Of a DNA stretch of 64,000 nucleotides, positions 24,720-37,765 are shown one piece after another. Source of the stretch: Eledone cirrhosa (taxonomy: Eukaryota); assembly GCA_964016885.1 (NCBI GenBank), contig OZ024742.1, positions 87,916,001-87,980,000 on the forward strand. Direction: 5' to 3'. The position numbers were made by a program, and so were the translations under genes. Below the pieces are notes generated by a model. It was given only the letters and a program-made list of their open reading frames with translations, was not told where the DNA came from and ran no database searches. Position 1 is the first letter of the stretch. Every line of letters begins with the position of its first letter.

Positions 24720-27700
24720 ACACCAACACCATCAACACTGATGTAAGAAGATTACAACTCACCAAAAAGGAAGCAGGTAGGCTAACACGAACACTAATTC
24801 TAAACATAAAAAAGATCTATAGAGAATTAAGTCATTAAGAAAAACATAAGCGTAACCTAATACGAGAAATAACTAAGATCACCACACCAAGAGAAAAACT
24901 AATATTTATAAGCCTTATACGTCCTGAAAAACAGTACATTGCACAATAATGTGATAAGCACTTTAATAAGAAACTAAAGTGGCTTAAGCAGATAAAACTA
25001 AATCAGGATACTGCAGAGAATCCCAATAGATATCCCGACAAAATTGACGGCATAAATATGGCCGACACCTCATTAATATATGAGTTCAACAACAACAACT
25101 CAAATATATACGGCAACACTGCAGTAGACCCCGATGAATTATCTGTATTACAACTACCGCCGAAATATGCGGCATTCAAGAAGGTAAATATGATTAGTTG
25201 TTTGTCAGAAATAGAAAATTCATTTACAAAATTACGTTAGAGCCTCAAAATCAAAAACAAAAACAAAAGTAACAACATACGCACACGCATATACAACACA
25301 CATCCCAACAACAACAGACACGCAGACACAAACAGCAAGAACAACAACACACACATCAACAATAATAACATACTCAGAAACAACAACAACAGACACGCAG
25401 ACACAAACAACAATAACAACACATACAACAATAATAGCACACACGGAGACAACAGCAACAACACACATCAACAACAACAAAAACAACACACACACACAAT
25501 ACCTCTCACCACCACCACAATCTTAACAAACACACAGACACAGAAGGCAAGTAATGACAGTAGCACAGAAATAAGGGAAGGTAATGGGATTAAAAGGAGA
25601 AGGGAGACTATGGACAAAGAAAATAACCAAGACTAACACACAGACACACAACATAGAGTAGATAATAACAATGAGCCAGTGAAAAGAGACAGGAGTAATA
25701 ATGAGAGACATAGAAACAACCATGAAGCTGTTGGTGGAAATAGAAATAGAAACAACACAACTAACAATAACAATAGCACTAGTACACATAAAGCAGCAGC
25801 CTGGATCTCTACTTTTTATAATTCCTCCCATAAGTCGTTCGACGAGTTCACGTGACGATTTTACCATTTAACAAACGCACGCAATTGCCGTCGCAGGTCG
25901 ATGAACAAACAGAAGCACAATTTAGTATAGCTAGATCCGAACTTAGAAATATTATAGAACAGTATAGCAAGAAGCATAATAGAATGGAGGCCCAGCAACT
26001 GGGAGAAAAATCTGCGAATGGCTTGCGAGATAGAATGCTTTCTAACAGACAAGTCTGGCAGAATGTCGGTTGACAGCCTGCCAAACTACATCCAGGCAAT
26101 GCAACCCCACATCACTAACACAAGAGAGGTAACACCACAGGAGCATGAGGATAGAGAAAAAGCCCTAAATGCCCATATGGTGATGTGGACTAATATAATG
26201 CTGCCCAACAAAAAGACTGCGAACAACTTCCAGGCCTGGAACAATGAGGTGTCGACGTTGTATGGGCTTCGAAAAGACCATAAAACGGGCAGTGACCCTG
26301 TCACGGGACAACCAACACGGCCAGTCTGTGGAGTTAACATTGCTAGTAACTACAGACTGTCCTACTTCCTCTCCCTGATCATACGCCCCAACATTGAAAT
26401 GTCCTCAGATGTATGTGACAGTACGGAGGCCCTCCTCAGCAGTATCGGTGAGAGTAACCGATATAGGGACCTAACAAACTGCATAATAGGTAGTATTGAT
26501 GTTGTGTCCCTGTATCCATCTATTGACGTGGATTTTGCTGTGGAGAAATGCGTACAAATGATCAGTGAGAGCAATGTTAAGTTCCGTGGGATTTATACCA
26601 GTGAGCTGGGACTCCTACTTAAACTTACCTATAGTAATAATTACCTAGACACATATGACCTTAGCAACCTGTGCCCTACAAGACCAGCAAGAGGCAGACC
26701 ACCTAGCATAACCTCAATGGCCAAGAAAACCCACACAGATAGATGGAACGGGTGGACCAGAGCCATACGGACACCCGAAAACCACGATGAACTGAAGAAA
26801 ATGATTGGCACCTGCGGAAGGGGCCAGCATAAAAATAACCCTTAAGGAACACATGTTCAAATTTAATGGAAAAACATATGCCAAAGAGGAAGGAGCAGCC
26901 ATTGGTGTTAGCATTGCAGGCGACATAGCTAACTTATTCATGGTATGGTGGGACAGTAGACTTAAACTTATACTTAAGGAACAATTAGAAGACGCCTCTA
27001 CCCTGATAATGTACTCCCGCTACGTTGATGATATAAACATCGTAGTTAAAACACCCCCACTAGAGAACAGTCAGGAATTAGAGAAAAACACAATGGAAAG
27101 CATACAGCAAATAGCTAACTCCATCCACCAGAGTATTAAAGTTACTATAGACTACCCAAGTAACACGCCAACCATCGATTACCTGTACTAGACACAGAGC
27201 TCTGGTTAGATACCATTAATAACAAAAAACAAATCCTCCATTCCCATTATGCCAAACCCATGACTTCCAAACATCTGATCCACCGAAACGCAGCTGTTTC
27301 GGACCATACCAAAATCAACATACTGATTGCGGATTTGGTACGGGTGATGAGAAACGTGTCCCGCATGTGCAACCCCGAAGAACTAGAGAGACACATACAA
27401 AACTTCATCCACCGTATGCAGTTCTCTAGTTACAATCAGAGAGATAAAATCAGGGTGTATAGAGGAGCCAGAACCAAATTGGGAAAAATGGTAAATAATG
27501 ACACAAATGGGACCTGCCCCTTGTACAGGAGCAAATTTTGGAATAGAATAGAAAGAACTAGGAATAAGGATAATATAATAAACTCATGGTATGAAAGCAA
27601 TAAATACCAGAGTGTAATGTTCATCGATACAACCCCTAGAGGTGAATTAGCTTACAAATTTAGAAGGGCCCTAGATAAACATAAACTCAATATTAATATA

Positions 27701-28150
27701 GTAGAAAGACCAGGTACCTCCGTAAAAACACTTATTAGCAAGTCATACCCTTTTCAAAGACCCTTCTGTATAGATAAGAAATGTATAACCTGTAAATTTA
27801 GCCCCCATATTAACTGTAAAACTAGAAATGTAGTATATAGCATAAGATGTACTGAAGGACAATGTAGAGACAAAAATATAGTGTACATAGGTGAGACAGC
27901 TCGTAGTGTAGGGGAACGGATAAATGAACACTGGCGAGACCTTCATGATAGTAAATAATCATCTGCACTCTACCAACATGCTAAAATAGAACATACGGGT
28001 AAATTAGAGAACATAGAAATAAAAATAGAATCTACACACAGAAAAGACGCAATGTTTAGACAAATCACAGAGGCAATAAACATAAAAGAATTACAACCAA
28101 AATTAAATAGAAAATATGAGTGGAACAGCAACATCACAACTTACAATTAA
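24720..28150 (+). pseudogene. PLE RT-GIY-YIG ORF, longer arm with stops and frameshifts
   Basis: N-terminal ELSVLQLPPKY, RT YVDD, CIDKKCITC, YIGET; reading through the stop at 27958 continues to PKLNRKYEW and ends at 28150. Confidence 0.92.
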
Positions 28151-28350
28151 GGACAAAATGAAAACACACACGCACATAGAACAAACAACCAACCTGTAAC
28201 ATGTAAATAAACAAATAAATAAACGAATATAAACACACACAGACACCCGGATGTGGCGCATGCTCAGACTGAGCACACAACACACACACATAAACAAAAT
28301 GGCGTAGGACAGAACAAAAGTGAGGCACAAAAACAAAGAAAAGAATCCCC

Positions 28351-28394
28351 AGTCACTGAAGAGGTCACAGAATGTGTGACGAAAGAACTTTGAC
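28351..28394 (+). ncRNA. Hammerhead motif in PLE pLTR
   Basis: gtca CTGAAGA g gtcaca-gaatg-tgtgac GAAA gaac TT tgac. Confidence 0.78.
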
Positions 28395-28600
28395 AATATA
28401 TAAACAACTATCTGGTTGTGGAACCAACCAACCAACCGGAAATTTATAAATTCCTAAATTTATAAATTTATTATAATAAATTGAAGTGAAAGCATGGTGC
28501 GTGTGTTTCTTATTGGAAACATGACCCTCTCAAAGTATACCAATATCGATTTCAACACACGATTTTAGATAAAGAATCTTGCTAACCAAATTCAGAAACG

Positions 28601-28649
<49 letters not shown>

Positions 28650-28654
<5 letters not shown>

Positions 28655-28797
28655 TTATTAAAATAGCTAATTAAAGTTTAAGCAAATAATCGCTGCTTTC
28701 CCCCTTAACGGGATCTTCTCTACGGTTCTTATATATTTGATATATACTTATCCCTATCGAGCCCTCTTTGGATTTTAGTCTTCAAATTTATTATTAT

Positions 28798-28801
<4 letters not shown>
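28650..28801 (-). mobile_element. PLE 3'-end fragment with decayed hammerhead
   Basis: INLKTKIQRGLD resembles the GIY-YIG terminal L.T..P.GLN motif; GAAGA tccc-gttaa-gggg GAAA; sister copy at 32235-32395. Confidence 0.6.
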
Positions 28802-28887
<86 letters not shown>

Positions 28888-29080
28888 GTTATTCCGGGTT
28901 GAATCGGAGGTAACCACAGTAAGTAAGGTACTCAATACATAGCAGAGTATAACAGTTTTAATATAGATGAGATTCTACAGGACTAGAACTGTTTCATTCA
29001 TTAGAAATCATCAGGATTCCTGATGATTTCTAATGAATGAAACAGTTCTAGTCCTGTAGAATCTCATCTATATTAAAACT
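28888..29080. mobile_element. 193-bp miniature fold-back element
   Basis: Perfect 63-bp arms 28954-29016 and 29018-29080 around a single T; ~65-nt tail on the left; (TA)n flanks. Confidence 0.9.
29014..29064 (+). ncRNA. Type-I hammerhead motif (mirror copy 28970-29020 on -)
   Basis: ggattc CTGATGA t ttc-taat-gaa t GAAA cag-ttctagtc-ctg TA gaatct; GUA cleavage triplet. Confidence 0.75.
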
Positions 29081-29311
29081 ATATATATATATATATATAT
29101 TTGTGTGTGAGTGTGTGTGTGTGTGAGTGGGTGTATGTGTGTGCGTGTGTATTTGTTAGTGTGTTTGATTCTGTGGGCGTGTCTGTATGTTTACGTGTGA
29201 GTATGTGTGTGTTATGGTGCTATATTCAAAGAGTTAAGCCGAGTCGTTCTTATTAATACAATATCAGTAAACTAATTATCTTCTACATTATCTATGTAAA
29301 TAGCATTAATT

Positions 29312-29480
29312 TTGGCAGTATCGGTAGAGGGTCGGACGCCATGCTTTTACGCATAGAGCCATGGCCCTTGCCAAATCCCGCCGAGGTTAACTTTACCTTT
29401 CATCCTTACGGGGTCGGTAAAATAAAGTACCATAATGCACTGTGATAATTGCTGACCATGCCAAAAGTAGATACAATTAT
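29312..29480 (+). mobile_element. tRNA-derived SINE copy
   Basis: Matches 16461-16642 with an internal deletion. Confidence 0.8.
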
Positions 29481-30391
29481 TTTATTGAGTCCATTCATTT
29501 GACATAAATTATATTCGTATTATTTTCTACAGTTTGATAAACCATCAAATCTGTCGTTGTTAAACATCCATCAACTGACGTTTCTTCGGCACTGGAGGGT
29601 CAGACAGGCTTAAATATGACTCCATGCAAACACTGCTGAAAGAATAGAACGGCATTCTTTTTGTAGAGATACGTTGACTCTCAGTTTCGAACTAACGAAA
29701 AAAGTGTCAAAACTATCAGCTATTCAGTCTACAACCTTCACTAGTGCTTGGTTTTTTACATTTTTTTTTCTTTAAACCATTGACTCCTCGGGTAATACCT
29801 GTTATATGAAAAATCACACAGACCTCTTAACATCACTAAAGTTCATTTCAAATATTTCAGAAACTTATGATTCTCTAACAACGTTCGATTAGATAATTAA
29901 ATGAATATTCTTTGAAATAAATATATTACCATAACAATGAGGGCGGCACTAATAACATAAATGATTATTATTGATGCATCGAAGTAAATATAAACACGTT
30001 CCAATATTAAATTTGTCTCCCAAATTTCATTTACATGGTTCACTACAATAAATACAATGACAGGTTACATCTATCACCCTTAATGTTTTAGTAGTAGGTA
30101 ATTTTCTAATTGGATTTAATCAATTATTAAATTGATCTTCTCTTGATGAAGATATTTATCATAATAATAAAGAGCGTACAACTAACACACATTTTTACTA
30201 ATTATACACTGAGCGATAGCAAAGTTAGTTTGCGGAATTTATTTCAGCTCTTTAAATTGTTTATACAACTTAAGCTATGGTCAGGTTTAACTCTCACAAT
30301 TCCTGTAAAAAGTTCTAAAATCTGTTTATTTGATTTCCTCTCCTGTTTAAATTATAAGCGAATTACACACACACGCACACACACACACATG

Positions 30392-30428
<37 letters not shown>

Positions 30429-30430
30429 TT

Positions 30431-31150
30431 AACGAAGAAATTGTGGTAAGGAACCAGGTGGACCATAACGCACCAGAATACTCGATACTTTGTGTAGTAG
30501 AGTGGGTAATAGGAAATGAGTGAGGATCCGGACGGTTGAGCTCCGGCCGTTTCGACAGCTAGTTCTGAACTAACACAGTATTGTTAGCAGGACAGTAGGC
30601 TGGCTGAACTTATCAAGGGGTAATTCTATATACGGGCATGCTCTCGTGTCAAACAGTTCCCGATTTTTTTTTGTTATAAGTTGAGTGGTCAACGATTTTG
30701 TAAACACAGTTACATTTCTTCATAGCGATGGGTGGGGGTGGCTGAACATGCCTGTTGAACAAGGGGAGGGGGTAATATGACAATCTGACCTGTGGATGTA
30801 CAACGGTCATGCGTTAGTAGGGAATTCTATACAGCTATCTCTAAAATGAGTTAGGGAACTCATGATGAATACAGAAATCGTGGTATTAAGCGTTGGCTTG
30901 GAGGCAAAGCAAATAGAATTTGATACAAAATTCCAAATTAATAAAGACTAAATGTTTTAGATTTTATTAATTTGGAATTTTGTATCAGATCTATTTGCTT
31001 AAATTTTATAAATAGCGACATGGCAAATTGTGTGGATAGTTTGAATCTAGAATTACGTCATGTATTGTGAGAAGCACAATGTGAAGTGTAAATTGAGAAA
31101 CGGTAGATAATCTGTATGTTTTATTATTATTAAGCATGGTTGCGTATATT
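30431..31150 (-). mobile_element. Decayed PLE 3' portion; degenerate long-stem-II hammerhead at 30526-30621
   Basis: Same terminus as 3766; acccc TTGATAA ... ctagctgtc GAAA cggc..accg TC; faint GIY-YIG-like remnant near 31100. Confidence 0.6.
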
Positions 31151-31154
31151 TTAA

Positions 31155-31583
31155 GAATTAAGTCTGCGAGTAACCCGGGTTCTGCTGCACGTCGGACTGA
31201 GGAGGCTAAACTCGGTTGTATCCCTGGCAGTGGAGATTTCTGGTGTCAGTGGCCCTAGGGCTACCTCCCCACTCACCACCATAGGCGCTGAGTTGGCCAG
31301 CCGCAGGTGTGAGCTCCGCGAGTTGCAGTGGCTTTTCCAGCGCGTCTCCCTTGCTGTCCTCCGGGGAAATGCCTTCTCCATTCTGACCACCAGGGCTGTG
31401 GCGGAGCCCCATCGCGTATCATTCGATATTTAGTTGTGCTCGGTGTGTGTGTGTTTGTTTATATTGCTTTTGCTTTCATTCAGCATCATGTCATTCAGCA
31501 TCATGTCATTCTTCATTGCTTTTCTCTACTAATGAATTATATTTGCAAAAAATAAAATAATTATTTCGGTTAAAAAAAAAAAA
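31155..31583 (+). mobile_element. CRE-clade non-LTR retrotransposon 3' fragment (RLE C-terminus)
   Basis: PLAVEISGVSGP...WLFQRVSLAVLRGNAFSIL motif, then 3'UTR and oligo-A. Confidence 0.75.
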
Positions 31584-31835
31584 GAATGGATGGCTCGAAT
31601 ATTTTGAGAGTCACTCTGTTGATGATGGGCGCTTTAAAAAGATGTTTGTACGTCTAGTGTTGACGACTGTATATATATATCGCTTCATTTGTCCACGAAA
31701 AGAGGAAATATTTATTAAATGCAAACTGTACCCATAAACAACATGTTAGGCGTTGAAGTATTTATTTCTAATTATTAAGCCTGGGGTATTTTATGTTGAT
31801 TTTTTGATGAAGCACACGTTACTCTCTTCGTTGCT

Positions 31836-31844
31836 GTATATATG

Positions 31845-31926
<82 letters not shown>

Positions 31927-31934
31927 TGTATGTA

Positions 31935-32013
<79 letters not shown>
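31836..32013. repeat. Compound (TA)n-(TATG)n-(TG)n microsatellite
   Basis: Direct reading. Confidence 0.98.
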
Positions 32014-32014
<1 letters not shown>

Positions 32015-32234
32015 GGGTGCAATCAAGGCAACAATACAGAAATAGATGTGTCTGCTATTCTGTTTATATGCCAACTCAAGAGCAAGAAATACGAGGTTAT
32101 TCTACTCAAATGGCTTACGAGGCTGTTTGTAACATTGCAAATGAATCGAATATTATTATTAATATTCGAAAAAGTCAGATTCACATTTCTTGTATTCAGC
32201 TATGTAGAGCGATAAAACAATTTGTTATATATAT

Positions 32235-32395
32235 ATTTATTAAAATAACAGATTAAAGTTTAAGCAAAGAATCGCTGCTTTCACCCTTAACGGGATCTTC
32301 TGAAATATGCTCTAGAGTTCTTATATATTTAATATTATATTCATCCTTATCGAGCCCTCTTTGGATTTTAGTCTTCAAAGTTATTATTATTACTA
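32235..32395 (-). mobile_element. PLE 3'-end fragment with decayed hammerhead (32258-32303)
   Basis: ttt CAGAAGA tccc-gttaa-gggt GAAA gca...tgc TT aaa; homologous to 28650-28801. Confidence 0.6.
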
Positions 32396-32413
32396 TTATT
32401 ACTATTATTATTG

Positions 32414-32915
32414 TTCTTTCAGTTACAGTCATTGATGTTAGTTAACTGGAAAGTTTGTTGACATTTATATCAAGCCACTACCTGCAGCCTCAACTAATCA
32501 GGACGTATCGGAGTGTTCTTGCTGTACCCAGCAAGCATGCCTTTTGAAGCGTTCCAAAAAAGCGTGGCGGTGCCAATTTTATTTAACCATCCCCGGAAAC
32601 ATTTTGAGATAGTAGCTAGTGCACCTATGACAATAGGGACCACTTAGACTTCATGTCAGTTCCAAATCCTTTTTACCTCCCACTTTTAGTCCTGGTATCG
32701 GTTAATTTTCTCCCACTCCTTCTATTGCACAGTCGTGTCGAATGGGCAGGCCACATCCACAATCAAGCACGATCTTTTTTCCTTGTCCAAAACCACCAGA
32801 TCAGGTCCAATGCGTTCCAGTTTCTTGTCCGTCTGTATCCTAAAATTCCACAGCACCTTCACCTGATCGTTTTCTATCACCAACTCTGACATATGCACAT
32901 ACCACTTCTCAGAAT

Positions 32916-32917
<2 letters not shown>
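32414..32917 (-). mobile_element. R4/Dong LINE family B, 5'-truncated 3' fragment
   Basis: Matches 42016-42520; RLE region; flanked by (TAT)n. Confidence 0.88.
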
Positions 32918-32966
<49 letters not shown>

Positions 32967-32967
<1 letters not shown>

Positions 32968-35900
32968 AGCTGCATTTATCTTGCTTTTATGTTCATACGA
33001 GTTATCACCAAGTCACAACCAGTGACCTCAAGAGACAACAAGGTCCGCCAAGTTCAAGAAAGAACATACATACTCACACATACATCTTTAGGTGTTTAGA
33101 CTCGTGACGTACTTATATTGACAGAATCTTCCTTAGTATATGGGCAGTTCCCATTAGTACTATATTTTGTTTTTCTCCTATACGCGGGTTTCCTGGGATT
33201 TGCGATAAGTAATCATTAGACCCCTTAGGTATCATTCCTAGAGCGCCTACAACCACTGGTATTGTTTTAGTTCTCAATTTCCACATTTTTCCAATTTCTA
33301 TCTCCAGGTCCTTATACTTGCTCAATTATTCCAATGTTTTTATAGATACATTCTTGTCTATTGAAACGGACATATCAATTAGCAGGCATACCCTCTTTTT
33401 AAAGTCCTTCAATATTATATCATGTCTATTTGCATATATGTTTCGGTCTGTTTGGATGCTAAAGTTCCACAAGATTGAGATGTGATCTTTTTCAAGTATG
33501 GGAGGTAGTTGATGCTCCCACCAATTCTTTTGATGGGGCAGGTCAAATGCTTACACATTATCCAATGTATGTATTGTGCAGCTCTGTCATGCCTGTTTAG
33601 GTATTCGGTTGGAGCTATAGGACTGCACATTGAAATTATATGGTCAATGGTCTCTGGTTGTTTTTTACATACACGGCATAATGGGTTGCATTCATTTTTT
33701 ATTATGTTGGCTTGGTAATTTATTGTTGGCAGACACTGATCTTGTGCTGATATAATCAGTCCTTCAGTCTCCGATTTCAGTCCAGAGGAAGCCAACCAAT
33801 GATGGCTTAAAGTGTTGTCAACATCAGGATTGCTAGCTCGTTCTGGGTATTTTCCATACATAGGCTTTTCTTGCCATTTCTTAGCCAGTTTCTGTAGCAG
33901 TTCTTCCTTTGCAGTTACTTTTACCTGCTTTGCTTTTTCTGTGGTTTCCATTTCAGCAGTAAATGGGACTTCTGAAATGTGTAGTCCATTACTGTATTTT
34001 TGTGCATCTTTTGTAATGGAATATGATCTTTTGATGCTTTCGTGTTTCAAAACGAGTTTGATCATCCAATCATGTGATTCCCTTAGGTATGTAGATAATC
34101 CAACTGTTGCAGTTTTCAACGCAATGTCTAACCGGATTAACCCACGTCCTCCTTCTTTCCTAGCGAGATATATTCTATCTGTATCTGACTTAGGGTGATG
34201 CATTCTGTGCATGGCTAAGAATTTTTGAATTTTTGTATCGAGCCTACATCGAGCCTATATCTCTGTGCTTGACAAGTTGATGACATTGTAACTGTAGGTT
34301 ACTACTGGTATGCCAAGCGTGTTTATGGCATCGATCCTATTCATTGCATTCAATTCCGTTCTTAAGATTGCTCTTACTCTGCGGTAACATTCCTTCCTTA
34401 TCCTTTCCCTCATTGTCGAGTGCTTGACCCCGTCTCCTTCACATACACCTAGATATGTGTAAATTTACTCTTGATCAAGTTCTCTTATCACATTCCCACG
34501 ATCAAGATTAATTTCTGAACTTTTCAGCAGCTTTCCTCTGGTGACGTTGCTTTGGTGCATTTATCTAATCCATACTCCGTTTTAATGTCATCACTGAACT
34601 GCTCCACAGTGGATAATAGCCCTTGAAAGTGTTCATCATTTTTGCAAATAGTTTCAGGTCATCCATGTAGAACAAGTGATTAATGGTTTTGTTATAGACT
34701 TTATATCCATGTTTTGTTTCATTGAGCATTTTATTTAATGGTATAAGTGCGATGCAGAATAAAAGCGGTGATAATGAGTCACCTAAAAAATTCCACAATT
34801 AATATTAACTTCGCCAGCTTCCAGTTAGTTTGTTTCACTATTCAAAAGGAGTCTCGTTTGCCATGTCTTCATACTGGATGACAAAATCCTCCTGACAACG
34901 GGAGATATTTTGAAAATCTCTAAACATTTTTCAATCCAACTGTGTGGCAAACTATCGAATGCTTTTTTATAATCTATCCAAGCAATTGATAGATTTTTGT
35001 GTCTATTATGACAATCTTCCAGTATCATTTTGTTAACCAAAAGCTGATCCTTACAGCCATATGAGCCTCGTTTACACCCTTCTGCTCAATTGGAAATAGG
35101 TCCTTTGTTATAAGGTGGTCATATGTATATTCAATTAGGACTGATGTTAAAATGTTATACATTGTGGTCAAGCAAGTTATCAGTCTGTAATTTTTGGGAT
35201 TGTTTGTCTCATCATTCTTCGGAAGCAGGAATTTGATGCCGTTAATTAGCCATGATGGTATCTTTTCTGGCTCCTTAACTACTTAATTGTAAAGTTGGGC
35301 TAACAGCTCACGAGACACTGTGAAGGCATTTATCCAAAAATTAGGTATTTTGTCTTTTCCTGGGGATTTCCATTTGCTGGTTTTTCTTAGAGCCAAACGC
35401 AACTGTTCAACGGTTATATTTTTCCATATTTGTTCCTCAAGGTGAGCTGTATCTTTCATCTGTCTGTCTATCCATGGGGCATGTATATTATGAACTGTTT
35501 CTTCGGCCGAGATCTTTTCCCAGAATTCTTGCTCTTCCTCCTTGGGTGGTATTGATTTAGCAGTTATTGTTGACTTACCAATTATTCTGTAGAAGTTTCT
35601 TTGGTTGTTTTTGAACATATTATTGTCCTTATAGAATCTAGATCGTTTTTCAAAGCGCCTTATACGAGCAGCTTTGGCCGACAATTTTTGCTTGATCATT
35701 TCTATCAGCATGTCTATTTAACTTGTTGATTTTATACTGTACTTTCTTTTCAATTTTCTAAGTTTAGTTTGTTTAACATGTTCACCTACTTTATAGTTTG
35801 TTAACATTTCTATGTCATATCGGAGAAGGTTTATTTGGCGATTGATGTTCTCTTGCCAAGTAGATTTCTTATGGGAATTCCTTTGTTTTTTCATATTCAC

Positions 35901-36910
35901 TCCACATAAGTGAGTGGTGACTTTAGCCGATGCATAATAGAGATGATTTAAATCAGTAATGTTTAGTTTGTTCGTGATGATAATGTTTTTGAGAATTATG
36001 TTAGTCTTATGTATTATCTTTTGGTTCTGTTTGGAGTTCTGGATCTTAGGGAAGGTGTCTCGTTCACCCATGTCAGATTCTTTCGTTTTCATCCATTCGA
36101 TCATAATTTCATCCTTCAAGTTGGCAAGTTCATTCTCATTCATTTCTTTATCATTTACGATCTCATTGTTTTCATTTTGAGTTTCATCTTGAGCATGCAC
36201 TCCTTCCACTTTTTCTATCCTTTCTTTAATTTGTTCTGTTGTCAATGAATCCGCCCCAACCCTGGGATTCAAAGTGTTACAATTTACCTCGTTTTCACTG
36301 ACACATGTTTCATTTTCCCTTCGCTGACTATGTGCTAATAGCTTGATCTGATCAATTTCTATATCAGTTAGTAACTTTTTTTTTACAATATTTCTTCGTA
36401 ATTGGCTAGTTTGTTATTGTCAATATAGCCTCTGTTTTCAGGATGTTTCATTTTCCAGTTGATATATGGCTGTTCTGTATTCGATGTATTTGATGGGTAG
36501 TACATGGCAGTGTAGAAAGCCTCAACGACTTCTTTATTATCTTCCCTTGACCATTTTTCTCTCTTTTTCTTTGGATTTCTTGGTGGTGAGCATGGAGAGC
36601 CAACAATAGGAGTATTCCGGTTATGGGAGGTCTCCAGCTCCGAAGTGATGGAAAGGTTTGAACCATTAGGTGATTTTTCGACCCCAGTCTGGTTCCTCTC
36701 TTTGGGACGCGGCCCTTTTTGACCCGGGTGACGGCCGATCTGGCATAAGATTTTATCATTAGACATTTACTTTATTTTGTCGCGTTTTATCCTTATCCGC
36801 CAAGGGGTATTCATTTCGTGTTACCACTTCTAGGACGAGTGTCAACCAAGACTAGAGGGGTCTTCCTCCCCGGCGGCCGCCATCCAGGTATTTCTTGGTC
36901 ACAGGTTTTC
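32967..36910 (-). mobile_element. R4/Dong-clade RLE LINE family A, near full length, pseudogenised
   Basis: [35 protein letters not shown]...H....C, RHD and KYKDL motifs; ORF start 36766, stop 33113; 3' end in (TAA)n. Confidence 0.9.
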
Positions 36911-37099
36911 TTTTTTGTTGTTTTTTAAATTGTTATTATCATCAGTGATTCCTTAATGTGAGCATTGCGCGGCTTAAGAATGAAATTATTAATAATATAA
37001 TATACTTTTATTCTGAAGTTGCCTGTTATTGTTGTTGGCTATGTCGGTGGTGGTGCTGGGGCTTTTTCTATTGTTGGTGGGGAAGGGGGGAGCCAGCAG

Positions 37100-37746
37100 T
37101 GCTATGGACGTTGAAGTTTGGCCGGTGGCTGGGTCACTAAGTCAATATATTTATATATTTTGCTAGCCTCTCCCTTATCTAGAGATACCGCTACCTTCCC
37201 CTTTCTTAAGTTAACAGAAGGTATTGGGGGAATACTGGTGGTAGCAATGAAGGAGTGGTGGCGGCGGTGATGGGATAGTGGTAGCAATGATGGATGGAGT
37301 GGTGGGGGCGGTGACTATAGTGATGGCGTTGTCGTTACTGAGTTTTGTTGAATAGACTGTGGTTTTGTTTCATCTGTGTATCTATGCGTTTGTCGCGTAT
37401 GTATAATATAAGTGTTGACATATTATCCTTAATATTGGAATTAAACATTTTGTGAAAACTTGAGACAATAATAATAGTAGTAATTATTATTATTATGCTG
37501 GGATTGTGGTGGTGGTGGTGAAATTGCCGTTATCTGGCTGTTGTATTTAGTGTACACAGAGGGGTGATGGGGTAGGTAGTGTATATAGTTTCTGGTGTTG
37601 GTGAAATTGCTGTTATTGGCTGTTCTATATAGTGTTGACAGAGGTGGTTTTCTTCCATTTATAATCATTTTCTTTTTTGAATATAAAATGTATAATACAA
37701 AATTGAATATTTGAGCGATATAACAATATATTATGGATCAGAATTT
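37100..37746 (-). repeat. Unclassified repeat X, copy 1
   Basis: 37175-37746 is collinear with 46275-46830. Confidence 0.75.
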
Positions 37747-37765
37747 ATTATTATTATTATTATTA

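Larger units (their letters stand above)
21840..28603. mobile_element. Penelope-like retroelement, 6.8-kb inverted (head-to-head) insertion
   Basis: Minus arm 21840-~24715 mirrors ~25697-28545 of the plus arm; RT plus C-terminal GIY-YIG; family A pLTR at both ends; tail on the right; (TA)n flanks. Confidence 0.93.

Noticed and set aside
29791-29811. GNTCYMK peptide resembling a USP cysteine box
   Set aside because: Short frame lacking the flanking conserved residues and any His box; likely chance.
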